Assembly: GCA_951406725.2 (NCBI GenBank)
Contig: OX597824.1
Span: forward strand, 12,276,001-12,340,000
Direction: 5' to 3'
Origin: Octopus vulgaris
Taxonomy: Eukaryota
DNA: 64,000 nucleotides
Each line of letters opens with the position of its first letter. Within the stretch, counting starts at the first letter, position 1. Made by a program: the position numbers and the translations under genes. Under the pieces are notes generated by a model. It was not told the DNA's origin. It did no database searches and saw only the letters and a list, made by a program, of their open reading frames with translations. Shown piece after piece: positions 1 through 14,035 of the stretch.

Positions 1-1095
1 GATGTTGTGTACTTAATCTAAAACAGGGATACAGCAAGTATACCTATAAGGGTGTTTCTGCAATAACTTTCACAAGCTTCATAATCGGGGCAGCACACCT
101 CAAAGATTATTATTACTACTCTACTCTTTTACAGTCATTTGACTGCAGCCATGCTGGAGCACCACCTTTAGTCGAGCAAATCGAACCCAGGACTTATTCT
201 TTGTAAGCCGAGTACTTATTCTATCAGTCTCTTTTGCCGAACCGCTAAGTTATGGGGACGTAAACATGTCTGGAGAGCCAACGGCTGCATCAGGCTCCAG
301 TCTGATCTGGCATAGTTTCTACAGCTGGATGCCCTTCCTAACGCCAACCACTCCAAGAGTGTAGTGGGTGCTTTTTACGTGCCACTATCATTGGAGCCAG
401 TCAGGTGGGCCTGGCATTGATCACGTTTGGATAGTGCTTTTTACGTGCCACCAGCACTGGGGCCAGTTGTGGGGCACTGGCATGGGCCACGTTTTGTTGG
501 TGCTTTTTACATACCACCGGCATGAGAACCAGTCAGGGGGTACTGGCATCGGCCGTGTGAGTGAATTTGCTAAACAGAAACTGTGTGGATGCTTATCATG
601 TATGTATAGTGATGTATATCTGTATGTGTTTGTTCCCCACCATCGCCTGACAACCAATATTGGTTTGTTTCTGTTCCTGTAACTTAGTGGTTCCACAAAA
701 GCGACTTGTAGAATAAATTTTCCAATATGGTGCCCTGGTGTGACTGCAGTTCAGTGACTGAAACAAGTAAAAGATATAAGATAAAACTAATTCTGCATTT
801 AATAATGGCTAATATTCCATTTGTGCGTATTTAATGCATGTAATGAATCATTAGGGTGTATTTAATGTAGCTAATTAACCATTTATATGTATTATGATTA
901 ATAAGCTATTTGCATGCAGTTGATAGAATTAATATGCCATAGCAATGAAAGCAGCAGCAACTTTTCTGATATTTAATTTTGTTCCAGACAAGGCTTGAAG
1001 CCACAGTAATGTAATGGACTACAAAGAAGGAACCGAGGAGGCCTGCAAATTCAAAAGTCTAAAAGACTGAATATCATAGAATAGAGGAAGACAAG

Positions 1096-1509
1096 GCAGC
1101 GATCTGGCAGAAATGTTAGCACACTGGACGAAATGCTTAGCGGTATTTCGTCTGTCTTTATGTTCTGAGTTCAAATTCCGCCGAGGTTGACTTTGCCTTT
1201 CATCCTTTCGGGGTCGATAAATTAAGTACTAGTTACGCACTGGGATCCATGTAATTGACTTAATCCATTTGTCTGTCCTTGTTTGTCCTCTCTGTGTTTA
1301 GCCCCTTGTGGGTAGTAAAGAAATAGGTATTTCGCCTGTCGTTACGTTCTGAGTTCAAATTCCACCGAGGTTGACTTTGCCTTTCATCCTTTCGGGGTCG
1401 ATAAATTAAGTACCAGTTACGCACTGGGGTCGATGTAATCGACTTAATCCTTTTATCAGTCCTTGTTTGTCCCCTCTATGTTTAGCCCCTTGTGGACAAT
1501 AAAGAAATA
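1096..1509 (+). mobile_element. SINE family A, dimer with an 18-bp TSD
   Basis: tRNA-like head with B-box gagttcaaattcc and core gcctttcatcctttcggggtcgataaattaagtaccag (Meta/MESC-like). TSD agaatagaggaagacaag at 1078-1095 and 1510-1527. Confidence 0.85.
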
Positions 1510-1894
1510 AGAATAGAGGAAGACAAGATGATAGTAATGAGTTCTAGAGAGTAGTTGTTTCAGGAAAGAATCTATTAGAATAAAAGTACTTATGACTAAA
1601 AGGAAGCTCAACAGAGAAACAATGTACCTGGGAAGGGAAGCAGGTGATATGTTTAAAGGTCCTAAGAGAGGATTCTAAACCAGAAAGGTCATCAGAACAA
1701 TGATCATGGAAATATCTATAGAGAAGACAAATAATGTACATTTCGACAATTAGTTAAAGATACCAAACAAGTAGAAAGAAAAGGAACCACCATCTTAACA
1801 ACTTAATTCTGAATTTCATCAAGCAATTTTTAGACACTTAGAAGAAGCAACCGGAAATTATTTCACTAATTTGTTTGAAGTATTTTGTTTGAAG

Positions 1895-2032
1895 TATGAT
1901 ACTGCATCCTTTAAGGCCCTCATGCTTTCCGAAATCCGCCGAAACTACACCTGATTATATATACACTTTAGATGAGTTGTAGTGCAACTGAGCACTGTAC
2001 ACAATTATTATTATTATTATTATTATTATTAT
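1895..2032 (+). mobile_element. Short 3' remnant of the same CR1-like family
   Basis: actgcatcctttaa...ctacacctgatt...gagcactgtacacaa(tta)n matches 42342-42555. Confidence 0.7.
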
Positions 2033-3028
2033 TGTGTTTGGCCTTTCTGCCTCAGTTAACTAATTGAAATGGAGTGTCTTGCCCACAGAGGGAGCTGGTT
2101 AACTAGCTTAACTAAAGTCTCTTGGAGTATAAGTGGGTGGAACTACCTTTTTTGGGCTGTAAATTTGAGTCTGATAAATTCGACTTGTATAAAAGAAAAG
2201 GTGGTAATACAAAAGAGTGAATTGGTGGAACCATAAGACTGTCATCGGACAGGATGTCTTGTGGTATTTGTTCCAGTTCCCTGCGCTTTGAGTTCAAATC
2301 CCATGGAGGTTGACATTGCATTTCATCTATTCGGGGGTTGATAAAATGAAGTCCTGACCCAGAGCACTGGATTGTGTGTGTGTGCGTGTGTGCACGCGCG
2401 CGCGTGTGTGTGTGTGTGTGTACGCGCACGTGTGTGTGTATGTGTGTGTGTGGTGGGGGACCAGGTGGCATGAGATGACGCAGGGTTTATTTCTTCCATA
2501 CAGAATTAATTTATCTCATGAGGGTTCATTTCATATTTCCTCACCAAGATCGATTCAATATGCAACAGCAACAGGCTGAAGCTGTTGTTTAAGCCAGGGT
2601 TAGCCCACAATGAGCAGATCTACAATATGATGAGAGGAATTTCAACCATGACCATCTTTCTCTTTTGCATATCAGTTACAAACGATTATATTTCTCTGTA
2701 TTTAGAATAACAGATTGTGATTTGAGAGAGACTTGACTGCTATTTCTAAAAATTAGGGCAACTATTGACAGGCTCTCTTATTACCTAATATCCTGGGCTT
2801 GGCCCAGCTGGTTATGTTCTTCATCTTACAAAATAAATAAATAAATAGGTTTTCATGACAAACAAATGCTGGCACGGCTGTTGTGTTTAAGAAGCTTAAT
2901 TTGCAACCATGTGGTTTCAGGTACAGTCCCATTGCACAGCATCTTGGGCATGTCTTCTACTACAGCCCGAGGACAACCAATGCCTTGTGAGTGATCTTGG
3001 AAGATGGAAACTGTATAGAGGTCTGCTG

Positions 3029-3072
<44 letters not shown>

Positions 3073-3074
3073 AC

Positions 3075-3327
3075 ATCAATGGAAATTGTAGCTGTGATAC
3101 CGTAAGAGAACCATCCAAACGTGGCCATTGCCAGCGCCACCCTGACTGGCCTCCGTGCCACTGGCACGTAAAAAGCACCCACTACACTCACGGAGTGGTT
3201 GGCGTTAGGAAGGGCATCCAGTTGTAGAAACACTGCCAGATCAGACTGGGCCTGGTGCAGCCTTCTGACTTCCCAGACCCCAGTTGAACCGTCCAACCCA
3301 TGCTAGCATGGAAAACAGATGTTAAAC

Positions 3328-3368
<41 letters not shown>
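3075..3368 (+). mobile_element. SINE family C (tandem sub-repeats, RTE-like ggttggcgttaggaagggcatcc motif, (GAT)n tail)
   Basis: Recurring consensus. Other copies at ~275-555(-), 4740-5000, 20630-20915, 25235-25460, 25760-25922(-), 31730-31945, 34665-35005, 45545-46372 and 48043-48385. Confidence 0.8.
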
Positions 3369-3369
<1 letters not shown>

Positions 3370-3496
3370 ATATATGAAGGGCAGGATAAAGATCCTTCCT
3401 GAAAAATATAGACTCATGGGAATGGGTTTCCTGGTTTCTGTGGAACATATATATTTCTTCCGTTGAGAGGATGCTGGTTCATGGCAGAATTACTCA

Positions 3497-3836
3497 TTGG
3501 GCAAGTGCCTTCTACTATAACCTCGGGCCAACCAAAGCCTTGTGAGTGGATTTGGTAGACGGAAACTGAAAGAAGCCTGTCGTATATAAGTATATATAGA
3601 TATATGTATGTGTGTGTGTATGTATTTGTGTGTTTGTGTTTGTCCCCCCAACATTGCTTGACAACCGATGCTGGTGTGTTTACGTCCCCGTAACTTAGCG
3701 GTTCGGCAAAAGAGACTGATAGAATAAGTACTAGGCTTACAAAGAATAAATCCTGGGGTCGATTTGCTCGACTAAAAGGTGGTGCTCCAGCATGCCCACA
3801 GTCAAATGATTGAAACAAGTAAAAGAGTAAAAGAGT
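3497..3836 (+). mobile_element. SINE family B, 5'-truncated
   Basis: Consensus match from ttgggcaagtg to the tail. Confidence 0.8.
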
Positions 3837-4636
3837 ATATACTATGTCAATTGTTAATGTCAGAAAATACGAAAATGCAGTTGTAGTTTTTATCAATCCC
3901 CCCAAAGGGCGAAAAGTAAAGTTGTCTTCAATGGGAATTGCATTGAGAATGCAGACAGTCCGAATGAATAATGTGAGACATTCTTGTCAACACTTTGACA
4001 ATTCTGCGTGATGATTGCATGTACTTTACATGTTTCCCACAAAAGTTTGCCCGACAGGAAGACGAGAGAGAAAGAACAAGAGCGTTGATAGATACAAATA
4101 TAGATTATCAGCTGATACTTTACAGAACAAACGAGTCCTGATAGTATCTCAAGCAATTTCAACGTTGGTAGTTGATCTAATTGTTTCATGCTAAATTAAA
4201 TACAGTAGGATGTTGAGAAGAATTTATGATAGACATTTAAAATCCACCAAAGAGACAAAATTTAAAATGAAAATAAAAATGGGTAGGTCAGAATCTCTTA
4301 AAAAGATAGGGTGGGGTGGATCTATTTTCTGTGTAAACACCCTGGTAAGTATAGAGTGATTGATGATAAGTGGTCACCTGTCACCCAGATAATCCGCGCC
4401 TGAGTTAAGTGGTTGAGATGTGAAAATATAAATATCTCTTAAGCACTAAGAGGCATGTAAGAGAGAGAGAGAGTGTGTGTGTGTGTGTGTGCTTAAGTGT
4501 GGTCTCATGGCATTCAAACAAATGAGATAAATCTTCTCTTGGACAAGATACCAATCTACTACTATTGGTTAACATCCCCAGCAGACAATTTGGTTCTGAA
4601 TAATTCCTCTTAGCTAAAGATTTTACAGAGTTTTAA

Positions 4637-5117
4637 CCATTTAGCATTCTGGTTACTCTGTCAAATGTAATGCTTATTTATTCACACTGCTTAGAGTAAA
4701 TCATGTATTATCCTGTAGTTTTGAGATTTTGATGATGGGATTGGCTTCTGTGCCGGTGGTACATAAAGAGCACCAACCGATTGTGGCCGTTGCCAGCTTC
4801 CCCTGGCACCTGTGCTGGTGGCACGTAAACAGCACCCACTACACTCACGGAGTGGTTGGTGTTAGGAAGGGCATCCAGCTGTAGAAATACTGCCAGATCA
4901 GACTGGAGTCTAGTGCAGCCTTCTGGCTTCCCAGAATCCGGTCGAACTGTCCAACCCATGATAGCATGGAAAACAGACGTTAAACGATGATGATGATGAT
5001 TGTTTATTTTGAGAATGACTTTGTAGGGTAGGTGCGAGAGGCTGAATCTGTCCAGTTTGAACATAAAACAGGTAAAATACTTTACACCCTGATATGGCCT
5101 GTTTAAATGTTAAAGGG
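4637..5117. mobile_element. piggyBac-like MITE interrupted by a family C SINE (~4740-5000)
   Basis: TTAA|ccatttagcatt...aatgttaaaggg|TTAA. The interior matches 18605-18824 apart from the inserted gtgccggtggcacg...(gat)n element. Confidence 0.7.
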
Positions 5118-5221
5118 TTAAACTATTTTATTTTTTATTTTTAATTGACAGAAATTACAAAGTGACTCAAGGGCTGAGAGTTTCAGGCATGGAAAACGTC
5201 TGCCAAATAACAATTAAGAAA

Positions 5222-5261
<40 letters not shown>

Positions 5262-5300
5262 GTATAGATATGATCATATAGTTAAGAAGCTCACATTGAA

Positions 5301-5336
<36 letters not shown>

Positions 5337-6166
5337 TACACATTACAACAGGCTTCTGCACAGTTTCCATCCATCACATCCACTTACAAGGACTATAATA
5401 GAAGGCACTTGCCCAAGGTGCTGTGCAGTGGGACTGAACCTCAAATCACATGGTTGCAAAGTAAGCTTCTTAACCACACAGCCATACCTATGCAAGCAAC
5501 TATATTCTGTTCTAAGATTTGTGGCCTCCTACCTATTTTAGATTTCTATTTCAGAAATCTTCTTCATCATCATCATCATGATCATCATCATATTCAATAT
5601 CATCATCACCACCACCACCACCATGATTATTTGTTTATGTTGATATTGTTTGTTCAATAACTTAGAGAGCTTGTTAATAACCATCTCAGGAAGTTTTTTC
5701 CCCCATGATCAATTATTCATCACCAAAGATAACTGAATTAAATCATATTGATTTGTCATGGATATTTCAAAAATTCATGATAAAAATCTAAAAGTCTTTG
5801 GAGCAGATGTTAGGCAAAACTGGAATCAGAAATATCATAATTTACTTTTTTTCCCCCCCATTTCCTCTCAAACAGTTTTACCAATATTTTGCAACATCTC
5901 CCAGCATTGCCAATCTCCTGGAGACAGTCTGTCTACATTTATTCTTTATTGCATTGTATTTTTTTTTTTTTCATTATTGTTCCCCGTACGAATCTGACTG
6001 CATCTTATGCAAAGTGTGAGAGGGAGGGACTCTAGCATAGTTTTCAATCTATAACTGAAGAAAATTAAATACTGGCCAAGTACTAGGGATGATGGTATTG
6101 ACTTGCTCCCCACTCCACAAAATTGCTGGCCTTGTGCCAAAATTAGAAAGAATTATTGTTATTATT

Positions 6167-6639
6167 ATCAAAATATAAAGAAAACAGAAAATAGAGAAGT
6201 ACTGATTAACAACAATTGACTAACATCAATTATTATTTATTAATACAATGCAAATAGACTGCATACCATCTAACAGCTGTTTCTCTTTCCAATGTTATAT
6301 GATATTGCTGTTGATATTCAAAATATGTAAAAATATTAATCATATGTGGTACTAAAACCGATCTGAAACAAGGAGTTTCATTAGAGTGAAGAATAAATAG
6401 AGAAGAAGAGCATAGAGAAGAAAATAGGACTGATGAAGCTCCTTGTTTCAGACTGGTTTTATTACCAAATATGATTACTATTTTTACATATTTTGAATAT
6501 CAATGGCAATACATTGGAAACAGAAACAGCTGTTAGATGGGATGCAGACTACTTGCATTGAATTGATAAATAACAATTGATGTAAATCAATTGCTTTTAA
6601 TCAGAACTTCTCCATTTTCTGTTTTCTTTATAATTTGAT
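6167..6639. repeat. Diverged long inverted repeat (~210-bp arms, ~45-nt spacer)
   Basis: 6167-6384 pairs with 6430-6639, for example catctaacagctgtttct / agaaacagctgttagatg and ttgatattcaaaatatgtaaaaata / tatttttacatattttgaatatcaa. Confidence 0.85.
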
Positions 6640-6801
6640 TCTTGCTAAACCCATGTTTATCCTTGTCTTTACCTATAACTTATGAACATAATATGTTTGC
6701 AAAGGTATACCCATGGTTAAACATAGGTAATATACCGGTAGTTATTAGACGGTTGTTTTAACCTGTAACTCACCTAACCTTTGTTAGTATTATTATTATT
6801 A

Positions 6802-6835
<34 letters not shown>

Positions 6836-7134
6836 CATTTGGTTGTGTGCTGGCAGAATCCTTAGCAAACCAAAACAAAATTCTTAGCGACATTTCTTTT
6901 GGTATTACTTTCTGAGTTTAAATGCTGACGAGGTCAATGTTGTCTTTTATCGTTTTGGGATTGGATAACATATAAGTACCAGCTGCGCACTGGGGTTGAT
7001 GTAACCGACTTGCCCCACCTCATCTTATGTGTAATATGAGATAGTGGTGATGGTGAGGTCTCTCAAGCATTTCTATCAATAACTGAATGGATTATTTCAA
7101 GAACGAAGATTATCAGGAGGGGAGGAGTCTTGTA

Positions 7135-7535
7135 TTCTTTTCTACTCTAGGCACAAGGCCCGAAATGTTGGGGGAGAGGACCAGTCGATTAGATTGACCC
7201 CAGTATGCAACTGGTACTTAATTTATCGACCCCGAACGGCTGAAAGGCGAAGTCGACCTCGGCGGAATTTGAACTTAGAACGTAATGACAGCCGAAATGC
7301 CTATTTCTTTACTACCCACAAGGGGCTAAACACAGTGGGGACAAACAAGAACAGACAAACGGATTAAGTCGATTACATCGACCCCAGTGCATAACTGGTA
7401 CTTAATTTATCGACCCCGAAATGATGAAAGGCGAAGTTGACCTCGGCGGAATTTGAACTCAGAATGTAATGACAGACGAAATACCGCGAAGCATTTCGTC
7501 TGGCATGTTAACATTTCTGCCAGCTCGCCGCCTTG
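7135..7535 (-). mobile_element. SINE family A dimer
   Basis: Two reverse-complement family A units, flanked by the direct repeat ggggaggagtcttgtatt. Confidence 0.8.
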
Positions 7536-10159
7536 GGGAGGAGTCTTGTATTGACGAGCAAAGTTTATAAAACGACTTCACACCATATCAATAATGTAGA
7601 GGATCATGCCCAGGAGATTGCAAAAGTACAACCTTCTGAAAGTCAGTAAATACTCCTTACTCTTGGGAAATCAACTATAAGAATAAACTGAATAATTAAA
7701 GAATTAATTACAAAAAAAAAATAAATAATTACTTAATGATCTACATAAGTACATACCTATCTGCTTACCTGCCTACATATATACATACAATATATCATAT
7801 ACACACACACACACACATTCATACACTCATATGCTTTACCTAACTATCTACATATTTACCTACCAACCAACCTATTTGCATGCCTACATTTTTACTACCT
7901 ACCAACTACCTACTGATGGTCTCCTTCATATCTACCTACCTACCTACCTACCAAACAACCATCTATGCATATATCTGTATATGTCAGAAAACGTATGTTT
8001 TTTTTTTGTTTTATTTAACCCAGGTCAACCCTGACTGATCAGACCTACAATGAAAGATACTTCAGCATCAACAATCCTTTATATATATGTCTACTAGGGC
8101 CTATACTGTATAAATCTGTTTTTCTCCGCTTCTTTTAAGGTGGTTCCATGTAATTTGATGAAGAATTATCTGCTATTTCTTGCTGTGAAAATGACTGCAT
8201 AGAAGCTTCCCCAGAGGGTCATATGATATGATATACCAAACACAGCTATATAACACCAGTTCATATGAGAACACCTCGAGTTTTCAAAAAGTACATTTAC
8301 CATTATAAAAGGCAGCTCCAGTATAGTTGTTTGAATTGCATGAATTAGCAGAAATAACAGTAGAATCTCGAAACCACATCCTAAACTGCTTGGTTGCCAT
8401 TACATGCAGAGATATTCCTTATATCTCAAAAAAGAGCAGTAATAGAGAGACAATCAACATACTTTTGTTACCATATTTCAGTGGAAATACACTACCTTCG
8501 TTTCAATTAATTTTGAAAATAATCTATCTTTTACCTGTTTCAGTCATTAGATTGTGGCCATGCTGGGGCACCATCTGGAGGAATTTTAGTCCTTTTTTAA
8601 ATCTGGTAATTATTCTTATTTCTTTACTGTCCTGAAGGGGCTACACACAGAGGGGACAAACAAGGACAGACAAAGGATTCAGTCGATTATATTGACCCCA
8701 GTGTGTAACTGGTACTTATTTAATCGACCCCTGAAAGAAGCCTGTCGTATATATGTGTGTGTGTGTGTGTATATATGTATGTGTATGTGTGTATATGTTT
8801 GCCCTCCCACCATTGCTTGACAACTGATGCTGGTGTGTTTACGTACCCATAACCTAGAGGTTTGGCAAAAGAGACCGATAGAATAAGTACTAGGCTTACA
8901 AAGAATAAGTCCCGGGGTCGATTGGCTCAATCAACTAAAGGCGGTGCTCCAGCATGGCCACAGTCACATGACTGAAACAAGTAAAAGAGTAAAGAGAGGA
9001 TTATTATATGGACATTTGATTGGTGGAATTGCTTGAGCATCAGACAAAGTGCCTTCCTTGTGACATTAGTTCTGACCCTTTAAGTTCCGAGTTCAAACCT
9101 GATAGAAGTTAACTTTGCCTTTCATTCCTTTGGGCACCCATAAAATACAGTACCAGGCATGTACTAGGTGAATGCAATCAACTAACCCTCCTCTTCTCAG
9201 AAACTGTTGGCCTTGTGCCTAAACATCTAAATTAGAAATAATTATAGGGCGGGTGCAATGCTAGAAACATTAGAATCAGAATAAACAAATATAGTGTGCT
9301 TCTTAATGTATCCATTTCCATCAAGCCATGTTGTCAGTCGACTTAGCTTTTCAAAACTTTCAGGGGAGAAGAATTGATAAAAAAAAGTACCGGTCAAATA
9401 CTGGAATAGATTAAATTACCAACATCCTTATCTCACAAACAATTTCTGGCCCTATGCCAACGTCAAAAAAACACATAAGCATCATAATTATTGTTGTTGT
9501 TGTTGTTATTATTATTATTAATAGCGCTAGCATTACATCAACTTAACATGCCTTAATACACAAAAGACAACTGTAGTACCAGTTTTATGTTTCTATTTCT
9601 GGTACTATTATACACCTACAACTAATACTACTGTTACACCAACCAGCCGATGAGGGAGCCTCTATGTGGTTACTCCGAGCGCTAAAGATAGCAAACCAAA
9701 TCTCCTTCAAATCAAGCCTCAGCATTTTAAAGAATGACACACTAGATTATGTAGTCCTGGATTCTACCCAAAGGAAAAAAAATGATGTGATGGTCGTGGA
9801 TGAAATGCCTTTGATCAAAGGTCTGCTTGATAAGGATTCACAAGAACTAAAGAAGAACTACTACTAAATACTACTACCACCACTATCAGTGTTAACTTGA
9901 AGTTTTAGTTTTCCCCCCAATGAATTCACCATTACTACTATCACTGCATTATATAATAAAGCATCAGTATGTCTGTAGACTGAGAACTTTTAGCAAAAGA
10001 TTGTTTGAGACAGATAGCAAGGAAATAGATAAACCTGTCTTTAGTCAGATAGCAAGTGAAACACGAAGCTGCTTTCCTTTGAGATATATATACATACATA
10101 CACAAAACATGTATTTATGTACTAATATCTATGAATATGTATTCACACACACACATATA

Positions 10160-10531
10160 TATTCTTTTACTCTTTTACTTGTTTTAGTCATTTGACTGTG
10201 GCCATGCTGGAGCACTGCCTTTTTAGTCGAGCAAATCAAGCCTAGGACATATTCTTTGTAAGTCTAGTACTTATTCTATCGGTCTCTTTAGCCGAACCAC
10301 TAAGTTACAGGGACGTAAACACACCAGTATCAGTTGTCAAGCGATGTTGGATGTACAAACACAGACGCACAAACACACACACACATATATATACGACGGG
10401 CTTCTTTCAGTTTCCATCTACCAAATCCACTCACAAGGCTTTGGTCGGCCCGCGGCTATAATAGAAGACACTTGCACAAGGTGCCATGTGGTTCATAAGC
10501 AAGCTACTTACCACACAGCCACTTCTACGCC
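10160..10531 (-). mobile_element. SINE family B
   Basis: Reverse-complement consensus match. Confidence 0.8.
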
Positions 10532-10940
10532 TATATATATATATCTATGAGACAAGCAGTAGTTAAGAGCATGATCTGGATATATGGTGGTGGTGGTGGT
10601 GGTGATAACAGTGCTGGCAGAAGAAAAAGATACTCTAAAACAGAAGTCTTCATTTAACATTGATAAAGAACTTGTGAACAATCAACATTGTTTTATGAGT
10701 GAGATAAAGAATTCTCAAGTCCTCTACATATACATTTGCACACATACACCCATGCATATATATGCATATATGCATGTATACAAACTCAGGCAATTGAAAT
10801 AGCTTAGGTGTTAACCTCCACTTGTTATCAACAAGTAAATACAATAGCAATTGTTGAAGTGGCATATCTATCCAGTTTCCACTCCATGTGTCGAATGGAA
10901 GGACTAAATCTTGATAAGAGGGGGAATAAATCAAATCAGT

Positions 10941-11275
10941 GAAGGCACATGACTCAGTGGTTAGAGTGTCGAGCTTACGATTGTGAGGTTGTGAGTTTGA
11001 ATCCCGGACCGGGCTGTGTGTTGTGTTCTTGAGCAAGACACTTTATTTCATGTTGCTCCAGTTCACTCAGCTGTAGAAATGAGTTGCGACGTCACAGGTG
11101 CCAAACTGTATCAGCCTTTGCCTTTCCCTTGGATAACATCAGTGGTATGGAGAGGGGAGGCCGGTATGCATGGGCGACTGCTGGTCTTCCATAAACAACC
11201 TTGCTCGGACTTGTGCCTGGGAGGGTAACCTTCTAGGTGCAATCCCATGGTCAGTCATGACTGAAGGGGGTCTCA
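10941..11275 (+). mobile_element. SINE family E (tRNA head, V-domain-like core)
   Basis: Head gactcagtggttagag...gagtttgaatccc, then gttgtgttcttgagcaagacactttatttca. Related copies at ~11400-11645(-), 12295-12620(-), 22150-22430(-), 24820-25070 and 58183-58440. Confidence 0.7.
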
Positions 11276-11814
11276 TAAATCAAACCACCCATAAGGTGGT
11301 AATTAGTATAGAAAAAAAGGGTTCTGAGATATATTGACATATACTTGAAACATGAAAATACTTGACATACTTTAAGTATACTTATAAAAATAAAAAAAAA
11401 AGCTTCTTCTTGAGTCATATTGACTCACTGGATTGATTTTCCAGATTCTCTAGCATATATATTCTCCCCTGGATGGGATGCAAATCCCATTACAAGAGAA
11501 CTCACTTTTACCAGCTGACTGGACTGGAGCAATGTGAAATAGAAAGTTTTGCTCAAGCACACAATGTGTCACCCGGTCCAGGAATTGAAACTACAATCTT
11601 ATGATCATGAATCCAACACCTGATCCACTAAGCCACGTACTTTCACTGTAAACTTACTTGCAATTACACAATAAAATATCTATTCTAGTTTTCCATTGCA
11701 TTGTCTTGTGATGCAACTGGATGCATCATTAATGGATGTTTCTCAGGGTTGTTAGGTATTTGGAATTTTTCAATACCCACCAGCATCCTTATACCCCTGG
11801 ATATTACTGATTTT

Positions 11815-12047
11815 AATTTCTTTATTCCCCACAAGGGGCTAAACATACAGGGGACGAACAAGAACAGACAAAGGGATTAAGTCGATTACATGGACCCCAG
11901 TGTGTAACTGGTACTTAATTTGTCGACCCCGAAAGGATGAAAGGCAAAGTTGACCTCGGCGGAATTTGAACTCACAACGTAATGGCAGACGAAATACTGC
12001 TAAGCATTTCGCCCGGTGAGCTAATGTTTCTGCCAGCTCGCTGCCTT
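11815..12047 (-). mobile_element. SINE family A
   Basis: Full reverse-complement copy. Confidence 0.8.
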
Positions 12048-13437
12048 GATTTACTGGATATTACTGATTTGAGTCCTAGGACTCATAGGTCTGGTCATTC
12101 AGTTTCCATAACATACAAGTGACTGAGACCACAACATTCCCCCTGGAAAGGCTGCCAGTCCATTGTAGGGCTACTCATTTACAACTGAATAGAACGGAGC
12201 AATGTGAAATGAAGTGTTTTGCTCAAGAGCACAACACAATGCCTAGTGCAGGAACTGAAACCATGCTCACAAGATCGTGAGTGTAACACCCTAAAATGGA
12301 GCACTTGGTCAGTTACGATGACAAGGGTCCCAGCTGATATGATCAACGGAACAGCCTGCTCATGAAATTAACGTGCAAGTGACTGAGCAATCCACAGACA
12401 TGTGTACCTCTAACATAGTTCTCAGGGAGATCCAGCGTGACACAGAGCGTGACAAGACTGGCCCTTTGAAATACAGGTGATATTCATTTTTGCCAACTGA
12501 GTGGACTGGAGCAACGTGAAATAAAGTGTCTTGCTCAAGGACACAACGCATCGCCGGGAATTGAACTCACAACCTTATGATCGTGAACCGAATGCCCTAA
12601 CCACTTAGCCACACGCCTTCTAACCCCTAGGCTATATGCTTCCATTAACCTATCACTCACTATTCACTCAATTACAAACCACTATTAATGTAGAATCCCA
12701 ACCTACTTGAATTAGTTGTGAGATCTCACTCAGAACCACACCCTAAATTGCTTGGTTACCATTGCATGCTGGGATATTACTTACGAAACAGAGCAGTAAA
12801 GTTTAAATAGAAATAATGAGATTAAGAGTCATCGTTACTCATTAAAATTATAACAATGTGTCTATTGTACACTTGTATATTATCACCCTAGGGTTGTGAA
12901 TTGGCAGAATTATTAGAATGTCAGATAAAAGTCTTTGCGATATTTATTTCAGCTCTCTCTCAATACTTTGAGTTCAAATCTCACCAGGATCAGGTCTGAC
13001 TTTCACCCACCCTTATAAGTACCAATCAAGGGCTGGGGATAATTTTCTTCTTTCTTTCTCCTTATCTGTCTGCCTACTTTTTTTTCTCTCTCTACCTCAC
13101 TCTCTTTCTCTTTCTGTTTCACTATTTCTTGGAATTGACAATGCTATGCTGCAGAAAGTTGTCGTGGAGTGGTGGTAGATCATTTAGTGGGCCCCTTTTT
13201 TCCTGAAATAGAGATGAATTGAATGGCGGCCAGTTACCTCTTCTCACAGACAAACAGTTATTCTACTGAAACTGTTCAGAAATTGTCCGATGTAGATAGA
13301 GTACAGCACAGAACTGGAGGTAAGATGAAGGCACAAGACATAATCACCATTGTGTGGCATCTTGGGCAGGTGTCTTTAACTAAAGCCCTGACGAACTGAT
13401 ACCTAGTAAGTGAATTTGGTAAACAGAAAGTGTGTAG

Positions 13438-13672
13438 AAGGCGACGAGCTGGCAGAATCGTTAGCAGACCGGACGAAATGCTTAAGTGGTATTTCGTCTG
13501 CCGTTACGCTCTGAGTTCAAATTCCGCCGAGGTCGGCTTTGCCATTCATCCTTTCGGGGTCAATTAAATAAGTACCAGTTACGCACTGGGGTCGATATAA
13601 TTGACTTAATCCGTTTGTCTGTCCTTGTTTGTCCTCTCTGTGTTTAGCCCCTTGTGGGTAGTAAAGAAATAA
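13438..13672 (+). mobile_element. SINE family A nested in an older family B copy (~13350-13895)
   Basis: Family A consensus interrupts family B at the duplicated agaaag(t/c)gtgt(a/g)gaag. Confidence 0.8.
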
Positions 13673-14035
13673 GAAAGCGTGTGGAAGCCCATGAGAATGT
13701 GTGTGTGTGTGATCATTCTACAGCTTGACAACTAGTGTTGGTTTGTTTACATCCCCATAACATAGCAGTCTGGCAAAAGAAGCTGATAGAATAAGTACTA
13801 TACTTAAATAAGTACTAGGGTCAATTTGTTCAAGTAAACTCCTCAAAGTGGCACCCCAGCATGGCTGCAGTCCAATGACTGAAACAAGTAAAACATCCTT
13901 TACTGCACTATATTAGAGTTTTATGCTATTGCTCTGATTAGGCTACACTATGTCTTTACATACATCAGAGTATAATTTCAAGATGTTAACTCTGGTCAAT
14001 TACTTTCAGCCAGGATGGTAGACTTAATCCATTTG

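Noticed and set aside
985-1800. Purine-rich sequence around the first SINE that looks like decayed coding DNA
   Set aside because: Multiple stops and no assignable motif. Possibly an old LINE, but not supportable from the sequence.
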